From the IMG/VR virus record IMGVR_UViG_3300045988_183576, positions 1 to 36,794 of that record: a stretch of 36,794 nt of DNA, one strand, 5' to 3'. Under the pieces are notes generated by a model. The model did no database searches. It saw only the letters and a program-made list of their open reading frames with translations, and was not told the DNA's origin. Positions 13,548 to 21,566 of this stretch are shown piece after piece. The stretch comes from a virus. The first letter of the stretch is position 1. Each line of letters starts with the position of its first letter. The translations under genes and the position numbers were made by a program.

Positions 13548-14507
13548 TTACATCTGTTCGCTCGATTTTTTCGGGAGTGTTTCAAGGAATTGCTGAACGA
13601 AATCTACACGTCCGTTTACCGCCGGGACAAGCACCTGACGAATATATTCTATACCCGAAGAGCCGCCCGCGTACAACGACATTGAACCCCAAAAGACTTT
13701 TACGGCAGTTGACCACAAAAGCGTGTAGTCAAAAACAAAGCCTTGCGGCACGAGCGTTCCGAGGAACGTCGTAAACAACAGCATAAATACGATTTTTTTG
13801 ACAAAAAAGTAAGCGAACTCTTTCGCGTTGTTCACTTCGTAATTGTCGGCAGTATTGTCGGCTATCTTTTCCGCTGTTGAAAACAATATCGCCGTTCTTA
13901 TCGGGCGATAACCTTTAACGCGCTTCCAAACGCTGTCCTCTTTTGCCGTCTGCAATTTAGCAAGCATACCGTTGTATTCCGACCTGTTTTTAAGGATTAT
14001 CTTCTCGTACTTCGCAATAACCCACGGACGTGGATTCGTGCTTTCTTTTTCGTACTGCAATTTCGTAGCGTATTTATCTACGTTCTTTCGTGCTTTCGAT
14101 TTATCCGCTTTACGCTTTATCTGCTCGACGTACATTTTGAATTTTCGCTCGGCGTTTCTTTCATCGACGAATTGTTTCAACTCTTTGTTGTGGTTGTTTT
14201 GATATATGTATCTTTTCGCCGATTCTATATCGCATTTCATCTTAACGAGTTCGCCGTTAAGCCTTGATTCCCTGTCCCTCATTACCGAACGGAACGCCAC
14301 GCACATTGCTATGTTGATAATGTTGTTAGCGATAAGCCCCGCCCAATACGAGAAAGACATCAGGAACGAAAAATCAAACCCGACTTTTACATAGTCGGAT
14401 ATGATACTCACCGAGAACGACGCAAGCGTGATTATGCCCATTATTATGTCGAACAAAACCACGCTTCCTATATTCTTGCGTTTTTTGTCTATTTGCTCAT
14501 AAGTCAT
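13548..14507 (-). CDS. Polytopic membrane protein (319 aa; 2 TM, ~150-aa Lys-rich helical loop, 2 TM)
   Basis: Hydrophobic segments VVLFDIIMGIITLASFSVSII, YWAGLIANNIINIAMCVAF, FFVKKIVFMLLFTTFLGTLV and LLWSTAVKVFWGSMSLYAGG. It is the last gene of the late operon, next to attP. Confidence 0.65.
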   Translation of the reverse strand: MTYEQIDKKRKNIGSVVLFDIIMGIITLASFSVSIISDYVKVGFDFSFLMSFSYWAGLIANNIINIAMCVAFRSVMRDRESRLNGELVKMKCDIESAKRYIYQNNHNKELKQFVDERNAERKFKMYVEQIKRKADKSKARKNVDKYATKLQYEKESTNPRPWVIAKYEKIILKNRSEYNGMLAKLQTAKEDSVWKRVKGYRPIRTAILFSTAEKIADNTADNYEVNNAKEFAYFFVKKIVFMLLFTTFLGTLVPQGFVFDYTLLWSTAVKVFWGSMSLYAGGSSGIEYIRQVLVPAVNGRVDFVQQFLETLPKKSSEQM

Positions 14508-14975
14508 TTATACCTCTCTTGCCGCAAGCACCGCAAATACGATACCGACGGCGAAACTTGCCGTTATCAGCCCCGCAAGGCTGGACAAAGTTATCATTTC
14601 CGCTTCTAACGCTTTTGCCAAAACCTGAATCATGCAGAATATCAACATCGGAATAAACGCCCGAATCAGCACTATGCAAGTTTGATATTTCTGTATTTCC
14701 TGCTTTGCCCTCTCTTTTTTCTCTAAGTCCGTTTCGATTTTATAAGCCGAAACATAGTTGTTATATTGCGCTTCCCAATTGCGAAGTTTTCGGTCGAGAA
14801 TAACCTTTTTTACGCCGTAGAACACGAGCGCAATTAAGATTATGCCCGTAAGCGATATTTTGAACGCCGCCGAAGTCGGTTGCACATAACCGTATTGATA
14901 AATAACCAATGCGACAGGCACAACCGCCACGAACAGCACTTCAAAAAGCGTAAATATCAATTTTGCGCCTTTCAT
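14508..14975 (-). CDS. Polytopic membrane protein (155 aa; 2 TM, amphipathic helix, 2 TM)
   Basis: Hydrophobic segments LIFTLFEVLFVAVVPVALVIY, ISLTGIILIALVFYGV, IVLIRAFIPMLIFCMIQVL and LAGLITASFAVGIVFAVLAA. Its stop abuts the next start. Confidence 0.65.
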   Translation of the reverse strand: MKGAKLIFTLFEVLFVAVVPVALVIYQYGYVQPTSAAFKISLTGIILIALVFYGVKKVILDRKLRNWEAQYNNYVSAYKIETDLEKKERAKQEIQKYQTCIVLIRAFIPMLIFCMIQVLAKALEAEMITLSSLAGLITASFAVGIVFAVLAAREV

Positions 14976-14983
14976 AGTTCACC

Positions 14984-15796
14984 TCACTTGCCGAGGTTGT
15001 CGAACAATCCGCCCGTTTCCCCGCCCGTTTCTTTGTCAGGCTCGGACTTTTCAAGTCGCACGACGACTTTCTCTTTTGCTTCCGCCTGCACGGTTTCATC
15101 GAGTTTCTTCGCTTCTGCGGCAAGTTCTTCCCTCTCTTCCTGCGTCAAAGTTTTAGATTTTGCCAAAGCACCGCACACAAGCGCAAGCGAACGGCGCATA
15201 TTCTCAACGCCCGCAAGCCCGTCTTGCAAATTCGCTTTAAGTGCCGTGCCGATAGCCATTATTTCCTTTCTCGTCATAGTTTCGAGGTCAACGGAAATAT
15301 CCTTATTCGCTATATCTTCGACAACAGATTTCGCAATCGCTTTCGTATCGTATTTTTTCGCAATCGCTCTGCTTATAAACCCTGCAATTATAGTGCCGCT
15401 GAGTAATGCCGACAAAACATAAATAACAAAAGGTCGGATTACTTCCCATAGTTTATCAAGCCCCTCGTCGTTCTTCTCCGCTATCAACTCGTCAACCTTT
15501 TTAATAAGTTCTTCAAGCAATGCGTCTTTATCGACGGGCTTGTCCTCTTTCGGCTTATCCCCGGGAGTTTCGTCCGAACCGTCGCCGGGTGTTTCTTCAC
15601 CCTTGTTTATATCTTCGTTTTCGCCCGAAATTTCGCCCGTAGAGCCGTTTTCAGTCTTTCCGTCCGTTTCCTCGGTTTGTCCCGTTTCTTCGGTTGCAAC
15701 TTGCAAATTCGGCGTATTTTCCGCATATACGACGGAAATACCCGCAGTAAAACACAAGCACACAAGGATAGCGAATATAATGGTTAATTTTTTCAT
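14984..15796 (-). CDS. Secreted/membrane-anchored protein (270 aa): signal peptide, acidic low-complexity region, one TM, helical C-terminus
   Basis: Starts MKKLTIIFAILVCLCFTAGISVVYA-EN, followed by a Glu/Thr/Gly/Asp-rich stretch and the TM segment FVIYVLSALLSGTIIAGFI. GGAGG RBS. Confidence 0.65.
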   Translation of the reverse strand: MKKLTIIFAILVCLCFTAGISVVYAENTPNLQVATEETGQTEETDGKTENGSTGEISGENEDINKGEETPGDGSDETPGDKPKEDKPVDKDALLEELIKKVDELIAEKNDEGLDKLWEVIRPFVIYVLSALLSGTIIAGFISRAIAKKYDTKAIAKSVVEDIANKDISVDLETMTRKEIMAIGTALKANLQDGLAGVENMRRSLALVCGALAKSKTLTQEEREELAAEAKKLDETVQAEAKEKVVVRLEKSEPDKETGGETGGLFDNLGK

Positions 15797-15811
15797 TGTT
15801 TTATACCTCCG

Positions 15812-16369
15812 TTATTTGGTTAAAATGTCGTAGTCGGCTTCCATGTTCTCTACACGCTGAATGACGTCGTTTATCTTTGCGACATTCTCGTCATAGAGTT
15901 TGTGGAAGTTTGCAAGGTCGTTTTTAGCCGCAGTAAGTTCCGTTTCGAGAGTGGCTACTCTTGCCAATGCTTTTTGGAGCATTTCCGCCATAGCATAGCA
16001 CTGCGCCATTGCCGATTCCGCTTTGTCCCTTACATCTTCCTTGCCGAGCGCGTTTTCGATATACATCAAAAACAACGCCTTGTTGTTTACGCGAAACAGC
16101 TTTATCGGCTCACACGGTATTGCCGTTATGCTCTCACCGTCCGCCCGATAAACAACAAGTTGGAGTGTCTGCTCCGTGAAAAAGGTTTTCGGCAATTCGA
16201 CTTTACCGCCTAAAACCTCTCTCTTTTCGGTTGTAGTGCCGATAAACCCGACGAAGTAAGTTTTATCATCGGGGATTTCGACATCTATGTAGTTCTTTTC
16301 TCTTACATCGATAATGAGCGGTGCATTATCTATAATGACCGCTCTTTTCTCTTCAACTTTAATTTTCAT
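15812..16369 (-). CDS. Hypothetical tail-fibre-region protein (185 aa) with C-terminal coiled coil
   Basis: ORF track. Beta-rich N-half and heptad-like C-terminus (LETELTAAKNDLANFHKLYDENVAKINDVIQRVENME). Confidence 0.55.
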   Translation of the reverse strand: MKIKVEEKRAVIIDNAPLIIDVREKNYIDVEIPDDKTYFVGFIGTTTEKREVLGGKVELPKTFFTEQTLQLVVYRADGESITAIPCEPIKLFRVNNKALFLMYIENALGKEDVRDKAESAMAQCYAMAEMLQKALARVATLETELTAAKNDLANFHKLYDENVAKINDVIQRVENMEADYDILTK

Positions 16370-16378
16370 AAAAACTCC

Positions 16379-16849
16379 TTACGAACCTTTTCTCCATGTT
16401 GCCGTATTACTGTTTGGCGCATAGCCGTTAGCTTTTGCTGTTATTTTTGTTGTACTGTCTGAACCTGTGGATAGTTTTTGATAATTTGTTAAATTAAGGC
16501 TGGCTAAATCTTGCATAAAATCATACTTAACGCCTTTGCCGCCCGTTGCCGACTTTATCCACTCGTAAGCAGTACTTCCAGATTCAATGCTATGAATAGT
16601 AATAACACGACCGTATTGCTTTTCATAACTAAAAACACCAGTTGCTGGTTTTGAACCTATTGTACGCCTCGTATTATTATCGCTATCAGCTCTAAGATAT
16701 ATGGTTCCGCCTGATGTGAATTGTGTAAATTTGCTGTAAGTATCCTGACTGCTGCCTATGGAAAATGTTATGCCTGTTAAACTGCTGCCAAGCGTAGCCG
16801 TGTCCCAAAGGACGGGATTATCGCCCAAAGCCCAATATTCGTCCGCCAT
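16379..16849 (-). CDS. Hypothetical tail-fibre-region protein (156 aa)
   Basis: Start trimmed to ATG 16849 (AGGAGGTAAGT RBS). Ser/Thr/Gly-rich and beta-type in composition. Confidence 0.55.
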   Translation of the reverse strand: MADEYWALGDNPVLWDTATLGSSLTGITFSIGSSQDTYSKFTQFTSGGTIYLRADSDNNTRRTIGSKPATGVFSYEKQYGRVITIHSIESGSTAYEWIKSATGGKGVKYDFMQDLASLNLTNYQKLSTGSDSTTKITAKANGYAPNSNTATWRKGS

Positions 16850-16859
16850 ACTTACCTCC

Positions 16860-17297
16860 TTATATCTCGAATGTCGAAACAATCCACGACTTGCCTTTGA
16901 CCTTTATCACAGTAAGCGTTACCGTTTCGCCCGTTATCTCACTTGCGGCGTAGCATTTAACGTCGTTTAATTCGTTAAGCATAACGAATCCCACTCCGTT
17001 CCTGATTATGTCTGCGCCCGATTTTATCTTTTCGTATTCCGCTGTCGTAAATTCTCCGCTGTTTCCCGAAATTTCCACTGTATCACTCACAACAGCGGCT
17101 TGCGTAGACACACCGCTTATAGTGACTTCCAATAGCCCGCAATAGCCGTCGTCGGCTCGGACTGTGCCTGCCGACGCGGTTACGGTTTTAGATTGTAATT
17201 TCGGTTTAACGAGAATAACTCTGTCTACAAACTTATTTGCAGTTTGCAAAATTACACCCGTTGGGTTCTCCAACGGGACTTCATATTTTTTAGCCAT
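16860..17297 (-). CDS. Small fibre-associated protein (145 aa) carrying one copy of the fibre KTVT...D.GY.GL..VT repeat
   Basis: SKTVTASAGTVRADDGYCGLLEVTISGV matches the six repeats at the N-terminus of the 1055-aa fibre. Confidence 0.55.
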   Translation of the reverse strand: MAKKYEVPLENPTGVILQTANKFVDRVILVKPKLQSKTVTASAGTVRADDGYCGLLEVTISGVSTQAAVVSDTVEISGNSGEFTTAEYEKIKSGADIIRNGVGFVMLNELNDVKCYAASEITGETVTLTVIKVKGKSWIVSTFEI

Positions 17298-17306
17298 ATT
17301 GCCTCC

Positions 17307-20300
17307 TTATAAATCAAAGTTGAGTGTTATGCCTGCTTTGAACTCTTCGGGTGTTATTTCCGCAAATGACGACGGTGATGTGCCTTGTCCGAGCAAGAAC
17401 TTTTCTACATACAGCTCGCCCGTATCGCCGAACGTAAAGCTTATAGGCGTATCGAACGAACCATTTGCAATCGTGCTTGTTAAACCTGTATCCGCGTCAT
17501 AATACGACAGTGTTATACCTGCTCCGCAGAAAATTTCAAAGTAACAACCGTTGGTAAACATAATTCTGACGGTATTACCCGAAAAAGGTGCTTTGAAATT
17601 GTAACCACCCTCCGTCAGCGAAATTTTTTTATTATTGAAATTGTAGTTTGCCGCTTTTGCTTCTACGAAGTTGTGTATGTCGTATATTGTTCCGAAATCA
17701 TATGTGTTAGAACCTTGTGTTACGCTAAACGAATATTGAGTTGCATTTTCAACTCTATTCCAAAACATAAATCTTTCGCATGCCGCAATGACCGGTTGCG
17801 ACAGCTGTTTTAACAAACTACCGCCGAAGAAAAAGTTATACACATCTTGCGGAACGTTTTGTTCGGTCGTTACAGTGATAGTCTGCGCCGTAGCAGGTGT
17901 CCATGTTGCGCCGCCCGACATCGAATATACGGTAGTATCGTTATATTTGATAAAATCGTTGTTGCCCGAAGATAGCTTCGTATAGCTCGTGCCGCCACTT
18001 GTGAAATTGAAATTCGCTTCTACCAAAGTTGAAGAAAGCGTGGGGTCTGTCGTCCAAACATAAGTGCCTGCGGCAATGGTCGCTTGTTTTGCCGCGTTGA
18101 TAGTTACCACAATCCCGCTCGCATAAGTCGCCGCATTTATATTCGCAGAATCAAACGAGAACGTGCCGTTGCCACTGCTTCCAACACTCCAAGTATAGGT
18201 TGATAAACCTTGCACCTCGATTGCTTCGGGCAATTCATTACCCGAATCGGGCGTTATCGTGTAAAAATTGGACGAAGCATTGCCGAGCGCATATGTCTGT
18301 GTAGGCTTGCTTGCGCCCGCTACGTTCCATGTCAAAGCATACACAGAAACCGTAATAGCGTCGCTGTAATTGCTATCGTCATACACTCCCGTAGAATCTA
18401 CAAGCTTGCATACATAGGTATGCGCGCCGATAGTGAACGGTCCTGAATACGGCAACTGCACGGAACCGCCGTCACGCGTATGCTCTGCTATCTGCGTATA
18501 ACCTTGCGACGTTTCCTCGTAAACTATGCCGCCTGTTGCGTGAGAGTCCATATAGTCCCACGAGAACAATTCAGAATATCCGCTGATAGCTTGACATCGA
18601 AAATCCGCCGCCGCTGTCAGCCTGTACACGGTATAGGTAACAGCATTGCTCGCGGAGCTATCTGCAAAACCGTTTGCTTTCGCTATAACGGTAATATTGT
18701 GCGAGCCTGCGCCCATTGTCTTACCATAAGTAGAAATATTGAACGAAGTGCCGCTCGTAGTTGCAAGAGTTGTGACACCAAAGCGTATTTCGTAAGAAGT
18801 CGCATTTGCAACCGCTGTCCACGAAACGACAGCACCCGTAATTTTGATAAAAGGTGCGCCGAGCTTTTGCTCCATTGCGTTATTGAACCACAAGAGGAAA
18901 TCAGCACTCACGTGCGCAGTGCTTGTTACTGTTATAGTGCGAGAATCGCTCCAAGTAGTCCCGTTATACGCTTGTACAACAGTATCTCCGTTTCGGTAAT
19001 CTATATTGCCGCTTGAATATGCACTCAAAGCAGTATAGCTTGCCCCATTCGCCGTGAAGTTAATATCTTCGGTAAGATTTGACTGTATTGCGGTTGGGTC
19101 AACTTTAAATTTGTAAGACCCAGCTGTAATGGTTGCGCTCGTATCTTTTACACCGTTCGCCGTAACGCTAACGCTCATATTGTTAGGCGACGATAAAACC
19201 AAAACGCCGTTGCTGTACGAATCGAGCTGTGCCGAAACCACAACGGGCGTTGACGGATATGTATACCCAAACGCCTTATTAAACGTTATTGTCGCAGGTG
19301 TATTTGTTGTAAAATATTCAGGTGCGCTCAAAAGCGACGTATTCGTAAGCGTGTATTGTATTTTTGCCTTTATCCAATTGACGGCGTTGCTGTTTGGCGT
19401 TTCCAAATCGCTTGTAAACGCGGTAACACACAATGTATAATTTCCAACAGCCAAGTTCAACAAATCGTATTCAGTAGCGGTTATTTCTGCGATAAGTTCA
19501 TATGAAGATGAGCTTGTCTGTTTATATATTTTATATCCGTCGGCACCTAAAACCGCTTCCCACATAAGAGTGTTATCTGCAATGCTTATGGTCGGCGGAT
19601 AAAGACCTGCGAAATATTCGCCGTTGTACTGTGGCATTGTGCCATATGCTAACGAGCCGTTTTTATCGTAAAAAGCTTTACCCGAAACAACATCCGCAGG
19701 CACTGCCGTTACTTTCGTAAAATCCGTACCGGGTACGTTTGTGTTGATAACCACATGCGACAGAGTTTTTCCCTCGTCCGGGAATACGTAAGTCGTTTTA
19801 TTGTTCTCGGTAACTGTTACGGTTTTTACTTGTGCTTCTGCTCTTGGAACGTTTACAACCACTTTGGAAAGAAATTTACCGTCGCTCGGCTCATACGTGC
19901 CGTTCGAGGTAATCGTTTTCTCTTCTGCCGGTACGGCATTTACCTTTACACGAGTAAGGTATTTACCCGTAGTCGGCAAAACATAAAATTCCGTTGCGGC
20001 AGGCGTAACGGTTTTTTCTTCTGTAAGAATTGCTTCAACCGTTACTTGGCTTAACCCATTATATCCTATATCGGGGCGGACTTGCTGTTGCTCCTGCGTA
20101 GGCGCAACAGTTTTTTCTTGCAAAACAACTTCGCTCCCCTCGACATTGGTTATTACAGTTACTTGCGATAATGTTTTCCCCGTATCAGGCTTGACAGTCT
20201 GCGTGCCGTTTGCCGTGACGTTTATCGTCTTTGCCTGTTCGGGCTTATTCCCACCCTCGACATTGGTTTCGATAATAACGTCGCCTAAAATCTTGCCGCT

Positions 20301-20474
20301 ATCGGGTTTAATGGTCTGCGTTCCGTTCTCGGTTATAGAAACGCTCTTGTCTTGTTTTTCGGGGATATTGTCCGCTATGTTCTTGACGAGCATTTTTGCG
20401 CCCGAATCGTTAAGACCTCGTACCTTATCCGCTATTCTTCGGAGCGTTGTATCTTTGATTATCCAATCTGCCAT
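17307..20474 (-). CDS. Tail fibre / receptor-binding protein (1055 aa) with tandem N-terminal repeats and FN3-like domains
   Basis: Six ~30-aa repeats occupy aa 43-250. Three W..V.(G/N)A..Y FN3-type signatures are present (LMWEAVLGADGYKIY, VSWTAVANATSYEIRF, FWNRVENATQYSFSV). A ~200-aa module is duplicated (aa ~372-565 vs ~712-915). Confidence 0.75.
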   Translation of the reverse strand: MADWIIKDTTLRRIADKVRGLNDSGAKMLVKNIADNIPEKQDKSVSITENGTQTIKPDSGKILGDVIIETNVEGGNKPEQAKTINVTANGTQTVKPDTGKTLSQVTVITNVEGSEVVLQEKTVAPTQEQQQVRPDIGYNGLSQVTVEAILTEEKTVTPAATEFYVLPTTGKYLTRVKVNAVPAEEKTITSNGTYEPSDGKFLSKVVVNVPRAEAQVKTVTVTENNKTTYVFPDEGKTLSHVVINTNVPGTDFTKVTAVPADVVSGKAFYDKNGSLAYGTMPQYNGEYFAGLYPPTISIADNTLMWEAVLGADGYKIYKQTSSSSYELIAEITATEYDLLNLAVGNYTLCVTAFTSDLETPNSNAVNWIKAKIQYTLTNTSLLSAPEYFTTNTPATITFNKAFGYTYPSTPVVVSAQLDSYSNGVLVLSSPNNMSVSVTANGVKDTSATITAGSYKFKVDPTAIQSNLTEDINFTANGASYTALSAYSSGNIDYRNGDTVVQAYNGTTWSDSRTITVTSTAHVSADFLLWFNNAMEQKLGAPFIKITGAVVSWTAVANATSYEIRFGVTTLATTSGTSFNISTYGKTMGAGSHNITVIAKANGFADSSASNAVTYTVYRLTAAADFRCQAISGYSELFSWDYMDSHATGGIVYEETSQGYTQIAEHTRDGGSVQLPYSGPFTIGAHTYVCKLVDSTGVYDDSNYSDAITVSVYALTWNVAGASKPTQTYALGNASSNFYTITPDSGNELPEAIEVQGLSTYTWSVGSSGNGTFSFDSANINAATYASGIVVTINAAKQATIAAGTYVWTTDPTLSSTLVEANFNFTSGGTSYTKLSSGNNDFIKYNDTTVYSMSGGATWTPATAQTITVTTEQNVPQDVYNFFFGGSLLKQLSQPVIAACERFMFWNRVENATQYSFSVTQGSNTYDFGTIYDIHNFVEAKAANYNFNNKKISLTEGGYNFKAPFSGNTVRIMFTNGCYFEIFCGAGITLSYYDADTGLTSTIANGSFDTPISFTFGDTGELYVEKFLLGQGTSPSSFAEITPEEFKAGITLNFDL
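19725..20348 (-). repeat. Coding tandem repeats (six ~26-37-aa units) in the fibre N-terminus
   Basis: The units are SITENGTQTIKPDSGKILGDVIIETNVEG, INVTANGTQTVKPDTGKTLSQVTVITNVEG, KTVAPTQEQQQVRPDIGYNGLSQVTVEAI, KTVTPAATEFYVLPTTGKYLTRVKVNAV, KTITSNGTYEPSDGKFLSKVVVNVP and KTVTVTENNKTTYVFPDEGKTLSHVVINTNVPG. Confidence 0.75.
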
Positions 20475-20484
20475 ACATTCCTCC

Positions 20485-21342
20485 TCATACGCTCTGTGTT
20501 TCGGCTATCGGCAAAGATACGCTTATTTCTTGCCCGGTTATATTTATGCCATAGCCTGCCGTGTATGGTTCTGCGTATGTTTTAAGCGCAAATTCTTTAC
20601 GAGAATACGACGAACCGTTGTTGTACGAATAACCGTAGATAAATGTCGGATTACTCGGCATTCCTCCCGTACTGTCCCTGTTTGGAGCGTTCATTGCGAT
20701 AAACGTAGCGTTTTTGCTTGTTTTGTTGTCCACCCACACAAGCATATCTTCATTTGTGTTAATAAGCGCGTCGGTAGTGCTAAGAAATTTAAGCCGTATC
20801 ATTCCGCCCGCAAGCAGTTTGTAATAGCCTGTTTTCAAATCCCACATATTATCCACGCCCGATATAGCGGTCACGGCGTGTTTTTCCATGTCCGCTACTG
20901 CTGACGATAGCGACGATATTCCCGTAAGCAACGACGTCCACGTTGCGTCCGAGGGTATGTCTTTTCCCGCCTGAGGGATAGTCACCGCGCCTTTCAATAC
21001 GTTCATTTCTATCGGGGCAACGGCAAACTCCTGATTCGTCCCGTCGGAACCTGTTATAGAAGCGGTGAGTTGTATCAGCAGTTTACCCGAAACACCCGAA
21101 AAAATATTGCTCTTTACGTTCAGCGAATACACATAGTAATCCACTTCGTCAGGAACTTTTGCCGGGTTCATAAACAACGGATATTTTTGCGTTATCGTTT
21201 CATCGGGCAATTGAAACGAAACCGCAATTCCGACCGCAGGCGGAGCAACGACAAGCAGTCTGCCGAGTGCCGCGTCGCCCTGCGTTATGGTCATATCGCT
21301 CGTCGCTATCGGACGGTAATTTTGGTCAAGTACTATAAGCAT
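20485..21342 (-). CDS. Baseplate/fibre protein with BppU-like N-terminus (285 aa)
   Basis: MLIVLDQNYRPIATSDMTITQGDAALGRLLVVAP resembles the BppU_N pattern (..QGD....l.f.l). It sits between the large tail protein and the fibre. Confidence 0.45.
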   Translation of the reverse strand: MLIVLDQNYRPIATSDMTITQGDAALGRLLVVAPPAVGIAVSFQLPDETITQKYPLFMNPAKVPDEVDYYVYSLNVKSNIFSGVSGKLLIQLTASITGSDGTNQEFAVAPIEMNVLKGAVTIPQAGKDIPSDATWTSLLTGISSLSSAVADMEKHAVTAISGVDNMWDLKTGYYKLLAGGMIRLKFLSTTDALINTNEDMLVWVDNKTSKNATFIAMNAPNRDSTGGMPSNPTFIYGYSYNNGSSYSRKEFALKTYAEPYTAGYGINITGQEISVSLPIAETQSV

Positions 21343-21343
21343 A

Positions 21344-21562
21344 TCAGTCCTCCGGTATATCTATTCCGCAGAGTTCCGAGGCTAACTCCGTGAATTTGAT
21401 AATGTGGTTAAACTCGTCGCCGATAATCTCCGTATACTCATCCTCGATTTCGCTTGTATCGGGTTGCTCGGCTAATCGCGCAAGGTATTCCGCTATCGTG
21501 TCCGCTTCGTCACGCGCTCCGCGAATCGCCAATATTGCCTGCGCTATCTTCTCTTTGTCCAT
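21344..21562 (-). CDS. Small acidic two-helix protein (72 aa) with ferritin-like E...ExxH motif arrangement
   Basis: AILAIRGARDEADTIAEYLARLAE ... IIGDEFNHIIKFTELA. See findings. Confidence 0.5.
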   Translation of the reverse strand: MDKEKIAQAILAIRGARDEADTIAEYLARLAEQPDTSEIEDEYTEIIGDEFNHIIKFTELASELCGIDIPED

Positions 21563-21566
21563 ATTT

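Noticed and set aside
14497-15123. Short minus-strand ORFs 14497..14679 and 14941..15123.
   Set aside because: They are out-of-frame overlaps of the 155-aa and 270-aa membrane-protein genes, without ribosome-binding sites.
17307-20474. Considered as a diversity-generating retroelement target, given the repeated fibre modules.
   Set aside because: The genome has no reverse-transcriptase gene. There is no near-identical template/variable repeat pair with adenine-specific differences, and the duplicated modules are diverged at all base types.
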